A stretch of DNA of 64,000 nt from the human T2T-CHM13v2.0 reference genome, Homo sapiens. Position 1 is the stretch's first letter, and each line of letters starts with the position of its first letter. Below the pieces are notes generated by a model. It was not told the DNA's origin. It made no database searches and saw only the letters and a program-made list of their open reading frames with translations. Of the stretch, positions 1-13,360 are shown in pieces. The stretch is from the NCBI RefSeq assembly GCF_009914755.1, contig NC_060928.1; one strand, written 5' to 3'. The translations under genes were made by a program, and so were the position numbers.

Positions 1-689
1 TAACAGCTACAAAGATGATATTACTTGATAGGATATATTTCAATATACAATTTAGCGCCACTCAGGATTGAAGCAGAATTGCTTCTCTGTTGGAAAAAGT
101 ATCAAATAGATATTTTTAACTTCTCAGTAGGTGATAATTTAGTAGCTCAGAGAAATATTTTATAGGCATATGGAACAAATTAGTATGGTAATTGCAAATG
201 GATTATTAATACTGACAAGTCATAAGACTTAACCTTTTCAAATGTAACTGCTGAGACTAGAATTTAAACTAAACATTGTGATGTTTACCTAAAATGTTTT
301 AGATAAATCAGAGATAAGATTAACAAATTACTTAAATATACTATGTAAATTTTTAGCCTGTATGAATAATAATGGGAAATAATATTTGCTACATTGCACA
401 CAATTGTACACACATACACAGTCTGTCTCTCTGCCTTACAAAAAAGTAGAAACAAAAGTTTTGGGGATAATATCAGCATCTAAGAAATATAATATAAAAA
501 TATCACATTATTGGAAACCAGTACACAAAAATGAAAAGCAAATGAATATGCAAAATATCTACCACTGCAAATAAACATGGATTTTTTTTTTTTTTGCTAA
601 AAACAACATATTCCTCTCTATGTTGAAATATGTTTCTACCCCACAAAGGAGTGGTTTGCTTGCTTTTGCTTATTAACAGCCAACCATGT

Positions 690-870
690 AGTGCTAAGCA
701 TGTGCCAAGTCTGTTCTAAGTGTTTCATAAATGTTAAATCACTGAATTTGCATAACAAACAAACCTATGAGGTGAACTCTGTTATCATGACTACTTTACA
801 GAAGGGAGAAACTGGGCAAAAGAGATAGGACTGAAACTCAGGCAGTCTCTAACGGGATCTCTACCCTTGA
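690..870 (-). mobile_element. MIR SINE fragment
   Basis: Antisense MIR core: ...aacctatgaggtg...ttacagaagggagaaactggg...gaaactcaggcagtct. Confidence 0.7.
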
Positions 871-2589
871 CACCGTGTATGCTGGTGATTAGCTCCTTTC
901 TCTGCAATGTAGTTGTAAAAATTTCTCTAAGGTATAGATAACTCAAAATTGAGGATTATATTCTAAGAAGATTCATTGCAATGTAAAAGTTATCACTAAC
1001 ATCCAAATTCGCATTCTGATAGCTCATTGAATTTGTGCTTTCTTCCCTGAAAAGCTTTCATATAAAACAAAGGTCCGCATGAAAAATGAAGGATGCTTTC
1101 CTCTTACCACTGACAAAGAATACAGTGATTAGATACATTAAAAATTCATATATTTAACAAATGCCACCTCTCATACATAAATTTTCTGTGTGTACAAAAT
1201 ACATAGGTAATAAAATAAAATCAACATTATTTTTCTTCCATTCCTCCTCCAATATAATTTATTGACTTAGTTGAGTAGCTAGGTGCAAGAATCAACAAGA
1301 ACCCCTCTTCCAAAAATGCAGGAAGTAGAGAATAAACACAACTAAAGAGAAAAATTAGTTTGTGCCTCCCTATTGAGAATAACAATATATACTTAAGAAG
1401 TCACATCATTTTTCTGTGTCTATGAACCAACAGAAATAAACTAACATTGCTTCTTTATGTATTTCATTTCACACTCAATAATAAAGTGAGTTTCAATGAC
1501 ATTAATAATATGTTCTCTTGGTAAACAACCATATCCCAAGAGCCTCATATTCTTCCTCTTTTTTTAAATCCCTGAACATTCATTTGAAAATTAACTTACA
1601 GCTCTTATTACACTTGTTCCTATAGCCACTGAAAATTTTCAGCACAATAAAAAAATTAAGTAATATTTTACTGTATTTTTTTTTCCATTGGGAAGTAATA
1701 GGGGTAACATTTCTTAAAGTGTTTTAATTGGGTAGGGAAGGAGTAAAATACAAATGGAAAGTTTGGTTGAAAAATAATTTTTAGTTAATTTGAGTGGGGA
1801 GATAATACCCTACAATTGACTATAAGCTACATGAAGGCACGATCTGACTTGATTCTGAACTTGATAAGAAATCTAACACCCAGAAGATGCTCTATAATTA
1901 AGCCATTTAAAGTATATTTAAAGAAGAATAAAAAAATTTGTTAGCAATTTTTAAACAATCTAACTCATTTTAACTGTTTTTTTCAAATAACAAAATGCTT
2001 TTACAGACCTCAGATGAACTCGGAATCATAGATTTCACCACCCATTGCATACCTGTAGCACACCCAACCCTAATGTTAATGAATTTTACTTCCCTTCTCC
2101 TTTCATGTCAAGCCTAATTTCTTTTTTGCTACATCTCATCAACCCCACTTTCACCCCTAAGACATATTAATATTTTACCCTATAAAAACCCAAAGTCTAC
2201 CATCAGACCTTCTTTCTTATTCTAAGGTTGCATCTTATAATTGCCTTGCTGTTTTTCTCCCTGGCTCCCATTAAAAAGTATCCTTTCATGACCCTACCCC
2301 TACCTCATGAAATTACCCTTTCATGAGACTATCCCAAAGAATTCCAGGAGTCCTCACTCAGTCTTTTCATGTTTCTCAAAAAAAAAAAAAAAAAAAAGAG
2401 CATGGAGTGGGGCAGAAGGTGAAGAGGAAAAGAGGAAGAGGGCCTTGGCACCCCCAGAAAAGCTTCCAATCCACCCAGCTCCTGCCTTTATTTTTCTCTT
2501 CTCTTCCTCCCACTCATTTTTAATCTGGATCCCACACCTTGACTTACAACCCCAGCAACCTAGTTATCCTGAGCAATTTAAAAAAATGT

Positions 2590-2690
2590 TTTAAATTTGT
2601 GTAAAGATGTAAAACTTGATGTTTTGATATACATGTATACAGTGAAATGATTACTGTAGTCAAGCAAATTAACCTATCCATTAACTTCCA
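2590..2690 (-). mobile_element. L1MA-type 3' end fragment
   Basis: gatgttttgatatacatgtatacagtgaaatgattac...caagcaaattaacctatccat resembles the reverse of an L1MA 3' terminus. Confidence 0.65.
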
Positions 2691-3159
2691 TTTAATTTGG
2701 TTATATGAAAGAAGTCAGCTAATCATTATTCACATATACTGATTAACATTTATCCTTAAAGTAGGCCAGTAATGATTATATATAATCATAAATGCCGGAG
2801 AAACTTTGTTCTGAGTTTCACTTAATAACAATACTTTATTCTTACTACATGTCCTCAGTCTTTATAAATTCTTGCATAAGCAGCATAATTATCTCCTTGC
2901 AATAAAAAAGCAAAAAATAATTTTATTTCACATCTATCTATAGACTGGAAACATTGTCCCAAAAAATGAAAAAGTAAGTTTTGCTAACAATTATAGAATT
3001 AAATAAAATGATATTTTGAGGGTTTTGGCAAAGAATGGCAAAGAGTCAATTTGAATAAGATTATTCCAAAAGTAAACAGAGCACAAGTTATTTATTTTTT
3101 TTTGAGACCCATATTTTAGCCAATTGGTATTTTTGAAGGCTATATTGTTATTCAGTATT

Positions 3160-3235
3160 TAGCAGTGCCTGGTATATAGAAAGCACTCAGTAAATATTTG
3201 CAAATTAAATAAATCAGCGAATAAATGAATAAATT
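3160..3235 (+). mobile_element. L2 3' end
   Basis: agcagtgcctggtatatagaaagcactcagtaaatatttg...aatgaat, typical L2 tail. Confidence 0.65.
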
Positions 3236-4242
3236 GCTTTTTTGGTTTGTACCAGGGTTACTAAAATAAGTTTGTGAATATTTCGCCATTTTTTTCCATT
3301 CTTCAGTTGCATATTGCTGCTCCATAGACAGCCAATGCTAAAGATTCGTTTCTTGGATTGTCAGTAGTAGGTCTCATTACTTTTATCTTCTCCTTCCAAA
3401 GCCGTTTGTGTCTTTGAAGATTGCTTGTCACACTGCTCTGCTGTTGAATTCAATTAGGTCTATAAAGCTCTGTATCACTGGCATGTAAAACTATGAAATT
3501 CTGCTCAACAGCTAAAGTGCAAGGATATGATTTTACCTCAAGTTTCCTGAGAAGTGCTGAGCATTGGCACATTTGTGTCACCCACAGAAAGAACCTGAGA
3601 ACAAGGTGCACCTGCAGAGAGAGCTGTGGGGTATCTACATTCCTGAATGCTTCTCCAGTAAGAAGTGAGAAGTTACACTGACACTGGTGTAGTAGTCTCT
3701 TAAGGATACTGAAGAGTTGGTGGGAAGTTGGAAAGACACCAAATACAACCACAACATTGCTTCTAACAACCACAACACTATATTTTGAAAAAAGCACAAA
3801 TCAGTGAGAAATTTGCATGTTATTATTTATAGAAAATGACTTTAATTCTCAGTTTGTAGTAGGATTGGAATGGATAGAGAGAAATGAATAAGGATTTAGT
3901 GATCCGAGATTTTTCAGAAAACGGAATTTTTTATCTGGGTGAGAATGCTCCCAGATAAAAGATAATAAGTTAATGATGTCTTATTAACTCTTTGATTAGA
4001 TCCTTACACTCTCAGTACCCCTCTTTAATTGTACAATGTGAGAAAAACAATAATTATCTTCCATGTTTATGAGTACCATAATTGAGATTCAGTAAGTATT
4101 CAATGAATAGCTAACAAGCATTAAATAGGTACTCAATAGATGTGAATACATATACATATATATGCTTTTATATATTATATATAAATATACAGATGTATAA
4201 ATACATAAATATATATCCTTCTCTCCCCACAATTATCTTGTA

Positions 4243-4600
4243 TGTATTACAATAGTTCTTTATAGAACTACCTGAGACTGGGTAATTTATGAAGAAGAGA
4301 GGTTAAATTGACTCATATTTCCACAGGCTACAGGAAGCATGGCTGGGAGACCTCAGGAAACTTATAATCATGGCAGAGGGGTGAAGGGGAAGCAAGGACA
4401 TCTTACCATGGTGGAGCAGGGGAGAGAGAGAGAGCAAGAGCTAAGGGGGAAAGTGCCACATACCTTTAAACAACCAGATCTCGCTATCACAAGAACAGCA
4501 AGGGAGAAATCCGCCCCCATGATCCATTCACTTCCCACCGGGTCACTTACCCAACACTGGACATGAGACTTGGGTGGGGACACAGAGCCAAGCCACATCA
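4243..4600 (-). mobile_element. MaLR solo LTR (MSTA/THE1D-like)
   Basis: tacctgagactgggtaatttat...ggagacctcaggaaacttataatcatggcag...gggtggggacacagagccaagccacatca. Confidence 0.85.
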
Positions 4601-5379
4601 CAGCACTTTGTGCTACCCAGTTCCTTTTTTCTTTTAAAAAACCGTTCCTTCTCTTCCATACTCAAGGACCCACAACCATTTAGGTCTTGCATCCATATCA
4701 GAGACATAAAATAGTACAGCAGGAAGAGGAGAATTTTGTTCTTGAGTCAGAATATCATGGTTTTCTAGCTCAAAGAAGAAAATTCAAAAAATCAATCATA
4801 TACCTGGCTCAGACATAAGTGATCTCTATTGCCTGTTTCTAAATCTTACTGTGCTAAAAAAGAGTATCTGTCAGCTTCCCACCCTCAAATTCCATTTTTA
4901 AAAACCTCCATCTATTACCTTTCGATTGGGCCATATTAGTTTGGTAAAAGGATGCAGTTGCGTGGTGGGAAATTAGCACATCATTACAGGTTCCCTGTGC
5001 TAAATCACACATTGACCAAGTTTAGCTTAAGCACAGTCACGAAAAACACCACTGAACACATTCCGCAATATTGGATTACTGCCACCATTGCCTGTTTTCC
5101 TGACTTTAATCTCTTCCTTATCAAATCTACCTTGCATTCTATTGACAGTTTACATTCTCCAATTTTCTCATATCTCTCTACTTAAAACTTCTTGGCTACT
5201 TATGTACCTATTTATTTGCATAGAATTCTATAATATACAAATTACTTTATTATATATATTCTTTTACTTGATTGCCTGAAATAAACTGATGGGGAAATAT
5301 GATGTTATCCATGACAGAAGTCAAAGGGTAAAAAGTACCATTGCTAAAATTCTAACTCAAACCATTTAACTCTTGGACT

Positions 5380-6250
5380 GTTGCTTTCATCAATACCAAA
5401 AGCCTTAATAAGACTTTCAAGACATTACAAAATTTGGACTCACCATTTCCAACATTATATCCAGCTGTTTCCAGCTAAGTTTTCCACTCCAGTAAAGCTA
5501 GTCTTCCACAGTTACAAACTCATGGAGGGAACTGGTTTCCTCCTCTGTACTCTGCAATCTCAACATGGTGTATTCTTCAGCCTCCTTATTCTGTTTCCTG
5601 ACCTAAAATCTCTGACAATCCTCTATCTGCTTAAGGTCCAATTAAAATCCCTCACTCCCTCCAAGCTTCCTCACACTGCCACAGACCGTAATGGTCTCTC
5701 TTCCTTCAGAATTCTGTGCAGTTATTTTCTCTCTCATGTGGGCATTATGACTAGGACCTACTAACATTAAATGCTGTCTTGAGTCACTTTCAGCCTTACC
5801 CTGGCCAGAGAAAGTTACTTGAAGCTTACAGAGTGAGTTTCTCCGGAAACACCATGTTCTCACGTCACTTTCTGTTATGCTTTCACTGGGGGACAGAAAA
5901 TTACCAATGTGTCAACAGAATACTTTTCAAAATTGTCAGAATTGAACACAAATATCTTCTCCTCAATAAAGTTTCCCTGACTCTTTTAGTAAGAATTCAG
6001 CAAGTTTTCTCATATCGCCATAATAACTAGTGCATGCTTCTTATACAGCACTTACTTCAACATGCTAGCATACCTTTGTTTGTTTGTTTATACAGTGGTG
6101 CCCTGCCTTCAGCTGCACAGCTCCCTAAAGGGAAGGCAGGTAACACTCGTTGTGACCCACTATGAATGAAGCTTCACACAGGCAGGCTTCAGAGCATGTT
6201 TGTTATGTGACTGGGTGAGGAAATGCCTGGATGGATGAATGAATGAAAAT
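5380..6250 (+). mobile_element. Degraded L2 fragments
   Basis: L2-like 3' region motifs ending in ggatgaatgaatgaa. Confidence 0.45.
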
Positions 6251-6649
6251 GTAGGTTTAGTTGAAACCAGAACAGTTTCCCTAAATAACATTTCGCTAGC
6301 ACTGAGAGTCTCGAGCTATCCAACAAGAGCACTGTGAATCCTTAAACTAGCTGAACTGATTTTCAATTCTTATAAGGATCGAAAGAAGGAAAATTTACTG
6401 TGAAATATGGTTGACCTTAGGAAATGTTAACCACGTTATTTGGCTCTCAGTTCAGTCCCAAATCCAATTTGACCCATAGTGCCGTGAAATCATGATGAGA
6501 GGCCAAACAAAAGGAAAAAAGAAAAAAAAAGGGGAAATGAAGAACAAAAGTTTCCATTGGACAGAAAGAATAGATGGACTCACTCAAGAAAAAAATCAAA
6601 ACAAGAGTCATAGAAATGTTTTATCAAACTACGGAGGATTTTGAAGACC

Positions 6650-6720
6650 TGTTGTCATTTTACAGATGAGAAGACTGAGGTCCAGGGTGGGTTGTGAGTT
6701 GACAAAGATTAATTAGCTAA
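6650..6720 (-). mobile_element. MIR fragment
   Basis: cattttacagatgagaagactgaggtccag, MIR core. Confidence 0.65.
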
Positions 6721-6829
6721 TTCTATAAACCTTCTACTTTCTCCACCATACCTTACTATCTGTCTCATATATTTCTGTTGCTGCTATATCATGAATGTAA
6801 AAGCTCTACAAGGAAAAATAATAATGTAA

Positions 6830-6988
6830 ACACCTCTGAGTTCCTCACTTCTCATCAACACGATGAAATAATCAGAATAGGTAATTCACAAAGCCTTCGT
6901 CCGTATTAAATGAGATAATGAGATGAGTGTAAAGTGCTTAGGACAGGGATGGCATACTGGAAACACTCAATAAATATTACTATTATTG
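6830..6988 (+). mobile_element. MIR fragment
   Basis: attaaatgagataatg...gtaaagtgcttag...cactcaataaatattactattatt. Confidence 0.7.
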
Positions 6989-7399
6989 GCTAGTATCATC
7001 TGCTTCAATCTCATGCCCATGTCAATACAGATCTTCCTGAAAAGCTGACATGAAACCAGAAGTAGTACAAATATGACATAAACAATGCTATGTCACAAAA
7101 AAGAAGCTATGATAATTACACTCTACCATTACATCCTTTTTACCCTCTGGTTACTGTAAATATCACCTACCTAGTTACTCAAGTAACTCAAGGTTCTGTG
7201 TGCAAAACCACATATTGTCTGTGCTCAGGTTACATTTAAGAGATTGAATTCCCACCTGTGCCCTTTCATAGCTGTTACAAATACACCACGTTGTAGAGTC
7301 CACGTTCAAATGTGTTTTAACTAGCCTAGATATCGTTATTGATTTCCCAATAGCCTACGAGTAACACAGCTGCATTTCCACTCAATATCTACCTGGGGC

Positions 7400-7525
7400 T
7401 GATTCATTTAATTAGTAAATATTTATTGAGCTTCTAATATGCACCAAATATTTACATGATGCTGGGATATGGCAGTGAAAAAAGCAGGGAAACATCCCTG
7501 ATCTAGTAGAATTGCATTCTAGTAG
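7400..7525 (-). mobile_element. L2 3' end
   Basis: ttcatttaattagtaaatatttattgagc...gctgggatatggcagtgaa. Confidence 0.7.
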
Positions 7526-8269
7526 CAGAACGTTCCAGAATTGTAAAGGGCAGAAATAAAAGTGTTTATTCCTTGGAAATGGTGTCTACTAAGCCCAAAG
7601 TACAACTTCACTTACATTTCAAGAAAAGGTATTTTTTAAATAAAAAGTTGCCTTTTACCTCAACATTATGCAATCTACCTGGTAAGATCATAGATATGTC
7701 TTTCTACATTATGACCAATTTTTTTTTCCTAACATGTTTTTTAACTTCCTTATCTGCACCATGGATTCCACTTGAAAATAATATATAAAAAAATATAGTA
7801 TGAGAAATATCTATTGACAATTGGAGATAATAATTACAGATAACTTAAAGTAGAAATACCAAAGCCATAAAAGAAATTCATATAATCATATCTCCAAGGG
7901 GGAAAAAAAGCACCAGTCATTTATAAGGCCCTTTCAGTTACACCTTTTAAACCAAAAGCACACCTGTAGTTTGCAATGACACTCAAGGATTTGCACTACA
8001 ACTTATCATCTGATCCCTCTACACCCACTACGATACAAATATCAAATCCAAATCTAGAATGTTCAAATACAAGGAACAGTTTAAACATAACAGTATTTAA
8101 CAAACCTTCTAGATATCCACAGAATGTGCTATATTTTCCACGGTAAGGTTTATGCTATTTGTAAACATTTTACTTAAAAAGCTATAAAGAAACTAGTAAC
8201 TTGCAATAAGAGTGATGTGTCCATGTACACATGCACATAGGCATGTAAACATAAATATGTATATACGTT

Positions 8270-8665
8270 TATTATAAATCTTACAGATACAAAGGTATCA
8301 CATAATTTACAAGTAATAAAGTATCCAATAGTCTATTAAATTTCATATAGTCACTGATTTCTTAATAATGCTTTCCTAGATTTTTGCCTATTCTTGTATC
8401 CATACCAACCTATAACTACAATTCAACTATATGTACATTTTTTGTGTTGCTAAACCCTTTTACCTTTAATCTGCATGATCAACATATTGTTCACCATTTT
8501 CTTAAACCTAGATAATCAAGAAAACAGTAAGTCAAGCCTTGATGTGTAGTGTTCAGTGTCTGTGGTGAAAATCCTCCTATCATGTCCAATTTCAAGCCTA
8601 CCAACATGAGATCACTGATGACAGAATTAGGAAGAGATACTCAGTAAGATACCATTGTATGTATT
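8270..8665. mobile_element. hAT-Blackjack DNA transposon relic (MER63-like)
   Basis: ccaatttcaagcctaccaacatgagatcactga...ggaagagatactcagtaagataccatt matches recalled MER63 internal sequence. Confidence 0.6.
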
Positions 8666-8879
8666 TTCTGCAAAAAAAATTAGTTCATTTTTTATGTCTA
8701 GTTCTATGCTATTCTCTATGGACAACATACAATCACATAACACAGTTCCTGTCCTAGAAGAGTTTTTCTGTCTATTAGGGGAAATATAAATGGGAAGAGA
8801 AAGAAGAAAATAATTCATGGAGTCGTGGATTGAGACTGGTTGTATTGTGAAAGACATTTTGCTATATGAAAGTCAGCAC

Positions 8880-9050
8880 AAAGTCCCAGCCTTATCATTT
8901 ACCAGTTATAAAAACGTACATGTTATTTTAGCCTTCAGTGCTAGCTTTTCTCATATGTAAAAGGGGCATAATATATGTATCCATTTTTAGAATTGAGTTT
9001 GCTTTTGTGCGTCATATAGAATAGTGCCTTGAACTTAATAAATGCTGGCT
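8880..9050 (+). mobile_element. MIR fragment
   Basis: aagtcccagccttatcatttaccag...ttctcatatgtaaaagggg. Confidence 0.6.
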
Positions 9051-9069
9051 TTTTCTCTCTTATTCTGAT

Positions 9070-9415
9070 TGGAAATCACCAATTTTTGGCTGTTGGTCAG
9101 CGGATGCCCTCAGCTGCTAGAGGTCATCTGCAGTTCCTTTTTACATGGGTTCCCTAACATGGCTGTTTACTTTCTCAAAACTAGCAAAAGAGATGCCAGC
9201 AAGATGGATGCTATCATCTCATGCAACATAAACACATATTACTTAACATGTTACACTCATGTAACCATGTGAGTCCTGTCCTTCTGCCAATTTCTGTTGG
9301 TTGGAAGAAAGTCACAGGTTCTACTCACAATCTAGGAGAGGGAAAAACCACACAAAGGTGCAAATACCGGAGCTGAGGATTATGGGAGCCTTCTGAGAAG
9401 TTTGTCTGCCATATA
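9070..9415 (-). mobile_element. MLT1-type MaLR LTR fragment
   Basis: ttctgttggttggaagaaagtcacagg...gggagccttctgagaagtttgtctgccata. Confidence 0.6.
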
Positions 9416-9650
9416 CATAATGATGTTTATTTTGTGAATGACACAAAAATTGAAGATGTGAGGGCATCAGGCTGAGATTGGCTGATGAATTCATCTCATC
9501 TTCATCACAGAAAATCTTGTCAACAAGATGGATACACACACGCTGTGGTCTTTCTTCCTTGAGTGATGCTTAAACCCGTAATGATGAGATTTGCCTCGTG
9601 ACTATCTTATTTTTCTATGAATGTCCAACTTTTCTCTGATTGTTAGATGC

Positions 9651-10052
9651 TGTATTAGTCTGCTAGGGCTGCCTAACACAATATCAAATATGGGATGACT
9701 TAACAGAAATTTATCCTCTCATAGTTCTGGACGCTAGAAGTCCAAAATCAAGGAGTTGGCAGGTTGGTTTTCTCCTGAGACCTCTCTCCTTGGCTTATAG
9801 ATGGCTGTCTTCTTCATGTATCTTCACATGGTATTTCCTCTGTGAGCACAGACATCCCTGGTCTCTCTTTGTGTGTTCAAATTTCCTCTTCTTATAAGGA
9901 CACGAGTCAGATTGGATTAGGGGCCACACTGATGGCTTCATTTTAACTTAATCACCTCTTTCAACCCTTATCTCCAAATATAGTCATCTTCTAAGGTACT
10001 GGGGGTTAGGGATTTAATATATGAATGGGGGGACATATTTCAGCCCTTAACA
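9651..10052 (-). mobile_element. MLT1B/C-like solo LTR
   Basis: TG...CA termini (tgtattagtctgctagggctgcc ... cagcccttaaca); 5-bp flanks gatgc/aatgc as degraded TSD. Confidence 0.85.
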
Positions 10053-10686
10053 AATGCTGTCCTTTAGAAATAATACAACACGAATGAGCTTACAATTGGA
10101 CCTCACTTTACTGCTACAACTTTTTAAAGTGATTTAACCATCTTGACTGTGATCTATTACATTTTCATGTAAATTTTAGTCTCAGAGAGAAATTATAGTC
10201 CTCTTAAATTTAAGTTCCCAGGGAATCTGTTACTGTGGTCTCTTGTAACTAAAAAGTGAATATGTTTTATTGCCTATTTCTACCAAAAAAGACAAACACA
10301 CATACAAACCATAACCACAATTTTGCTAAACCTAACATGTTAAATATTGTATTGAACGTCTGCGTTCATTTATTTAATAGAATAGAGTTCCTAAAACAAA
10401 GTCTACATGTTCTCTACTTTCATACAGCCAACATTTAAATGGGGGAAGTAGGGAGGGAAGCAAGTGTTAAATAGGTAAACAAATAAATGCATATCTCATT
10501 TGTAATGTGAGTTATAAAAAGTGATAAATGCTGTGAAGGAGATAATGTCAGTGGATTAAGGGGAGAAGAAACTTGTTTTATACAGAGTGGTCAAAGATGG
10601 CCTTTCAGAGTTAGAAATATCTCATTCAAAGCATAAGAAAGAGACAAGTGTGCAAAGAAGGAAAGAAGAGTGGTTCCGAATCAAAC

Positions 10687-11171
10687 TATGATAGTTAATT
10701 TTATGTGTCAACTTGACTAAGCCATGGAGTGCCCAGATATTTAGTTAAATATTATTCTGGGTGTTTCTATACAGCTGGCTTTTGATGAGATTAACATTTA
10801 AATTGGTAGGCTTAGTAAAGCAGATTGCCCTTTGTAATGTGAGTGGGCCTCATCTAATCAGTTGAGGAAGTGAATAGAATAAAATGTTAGACCCTCCCTC
10901 AAGTAATGGAGGATTCTTTCTGCCTGACTGCCTCTGAATGGGACATTGGCTTTTTCTCCCCTTCAGACATGAATGGAAACATGTTTCTTCCTGGGTCTCG
11001 TGACTGCCAGCCTTCAGACTAGAATTAAACTCTTAGCTCTCTTGTGTCTCCTGCTTGCTGACTCACTCAGATAATCGTGGGACTTGCCAGACTCCAAATC
11101 ACATGAGCCAATTCCTTATAATAAATTAGATAGATTGGATGAATGGATAGATAGATAGATAGATAGGTAGG

Positions 11172-11225
<54 letters not shown>

Positions 11226-11262
11226 TCCTATTGCTTCTGTTTCTCTGGGAAACTCTAATACA
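10687..11262 (+). mobile_element. MLT2 (ERVL) solo LTR, MLT2B-like
   Basis: gttaattttatgtgtcaacttgactaagccatggagtgcccagata ... cctattgcttctgtttctctgggaaactctaataca. Confidence 0.85.
11128..11224. repeat. (GATA)n compound tetranucleotide STR inside the MLT2 LTR
   Basis: Long run of GATA units with GGTA interruptions, directly visible. Confidence 0.95.
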
Positions 11263-11429
11263 TAGAAACCAGCAAATGCAGAGACCCCCAAGGGAAGATA
11301 CGCAGACTTCGCTCTATTTGAGGACTTGAAAATATGGTACAGAGGCAATGGGGTGGAGGGAGCTGTGGAATGAAAATAGTCCAGCTCTTTTTGATGCCAT
11401 CTAGTAGCTGACACATAGAGGAATTACCC

Positions 11430-11655
11430 AGGAGAGCATTGTGGTTAAGAAAGTAGGCCCCAGGACTAGAAGACTGGGTGGGGAGAAAATACTTGGGTTC
11501 AAATCCCATCTTTGCCACTTACTAGTTGTGCTAGCTAAGATTCAATTTTCTAACTTCAAAAGCAGCAAAGGGTTATTGCATTTGTAGATTACATGAGTTA
11601 AACAATGTTAGGTACTTAGTATCTGTCACATTGTGCTCAGCAAATATTAGCAGTC
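11430..11655 (+). mobile_element. MIR
   Basis: cttgggttcaaatcccatctttgccacttactagttgtg. Confidence 0.7.
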
Positions 11656-12754
11656 TTAACATGAAACAACCCAACACACAATTTTCTCTCTTTATGTTAC
11701 TTCCTGTTTTAAACATGCATCTGAAGAGATAATTCTAATAGTTAAATTTTTCTTAGGAATCTCTAATTAAGAGATATAGTTAATTTGAGAGAACTGAGAA
11801 TTAAAGACTTCACACGACAGCTGTGGTGAAAATCTAGGTGTTAGTTCTACTCAGAAAAATGAACCCAACACAGGTTACAAAGAACGTGTTTATGTGGTCC
11901 ATTTTTGGTGTTCAAATATTACAAGAAGACAAAATATGTATTGAAAATCAGATTTTCTCATTAGCTTCACCTCCACCCCCAAAATGCCTGAGACATTTTT
12001 GAAGACTTAGAAAAGGCAGAATCTATTCTATTTTACTGGATAAAGTTAAACCTGACAGAGGGAGATACATTAAATAAATTGGGTCAAAATCATTTAATCC
12101 ACTTCCCACACAATTTCAGCTTCTGTAGTAGATTGCAAGGTGCTGTTTCATAACTCAACAGGCTTGATACATGCATTGTTATATGGAACTATATCTTATT
12201 ACATGAACTCTGGCCCAGGTGCAGGACATGTCCTAATTGTACAATATGTATAGGATTTATCCTTAGAGCAAAGTGTAACTTAGAACTCTTCTCTCACTTT
12301 GTCTTTGTGAGATTTCTGGAAGAAATATGTCAGAAATACATGTGGACTTATTTCTTGAAGGGGCAAAAGAGTGCCATCTTTTGTCATTATTTGGGGGTAT
12401 AAAGAAAAGGACCAAAAATAACATAGCAGAGAAAAATGCATCAGGTTAAAAAAATATACTTTTGTTTACTCTTTGCAGAAAGGATATAAGATCCAGAAGG
12501 ACAAAAATAAGTACATATTTTATATTTCTCAAAAAGCTTTAGAGGCTGTTTCTCCAAGTTTTGTGCTATACAAGAAAAGCACTCAAGTATTTCTACACAG
12601 CTGTTATCTCTCAGATCCAGCTTCCCAAGTCCTATTGGAAACCAAGGGCAAGCAAACAAACTACCCAAGTTACTGTCAAATTAATAGGTTATTGATTGAT
12701 ATACTAGCTTTCAAATCATCAAGGTCAGTGGACAACAATTATTCATGAACTTTG

Positions 12755-12877
12755 GAAATAGATAGAAGTTCCATTTCTATCTATTAGAAATAGATAGAAG
12801 TTCCATTTCTATCTATTAGAAATAGATAGAAGTTCCATTTCTATTAGAAATAGATAGAAGTTCTATTCTTTCTATTA
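12755..12877. repeat. 32-bp tandem repeat (about 4 copies) with a palindromic unit
   Basis: Unit gaaatagatagaagttccatttctatctatta at 12755, 12787, 12819 (4-nt deletion) and 12847 (diverged). Confidence 0.95.
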
Positions 12878-13308
12878 TCATTATTTCCAATAATTCATTT
12901 TCCTTCAGATTACCTGAAACAGAGCACCACAACTATTCTAAATTGAGCATCAGTATAGGCATATCATTTTGCATATGAGATTATCCCAGAGACCTGTAAT
13001 GATAAGACTCCTATACCATCTGATCCTGAATTCACAGGGGCAGGGAATGGGGCTGTAGATGCTATTTAGAAAGTACAAGAGGTAATGGCTGGCATGAGAG
13101 AGGCTCACAGTCTTGTTCAATTGTGTTACATGGAAGAAAATTAATCACAGCGTGGAAAAAAACCTACTTAAAAAATATATATGTGCTACAACTGTGCATT
13201 GTAGGAGCCAGCAACTGCTGTATTAGCTAGCAATTTGGCATGCACATGCTGTACATGCTGCTTCTCTTCCCAAACACATTACACCTGCTGCTGCCAATTT
13301 GTTCTTAC

Positions 13309-13360
13309 TGTAAAAACCCAAGTGGTCTTGAACACCTTCTCCACTCATTTCCCTAATCTG
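13309..13360 (-). other. Candidate short cassette exon (52 nt; alternative acceptors give 49 or 68 nt)
   Basis: Minus strand: tgttttcag|CAG...TTTTACA|gtaaga; one open frame QIREMSGEGVQDHLGFY; three GCATG motifs 50-70 nt downstream. Confidence 0.3.

Noticed and set aside
2378-2398. Isolated poly(A) run as a possible retrocopy tail
   Set aside because: No TSD, upstream poly(A) signal or recognisable parent sequence.
3310-3445. Minus-strand peptide with TSNLQRH and TTDNPRN, resembling hAT BED-finger and catalytic motifs
   Set aside because: The motifs are only ~15 codons apart rather than hundreds, and no TIRs are visible; probably chance.
12755-12877. CRISPR-like palindromic direct repeats
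   Set aside because: The units are contiguous with no unique spacers, there are no cas genes, and the context is primate.
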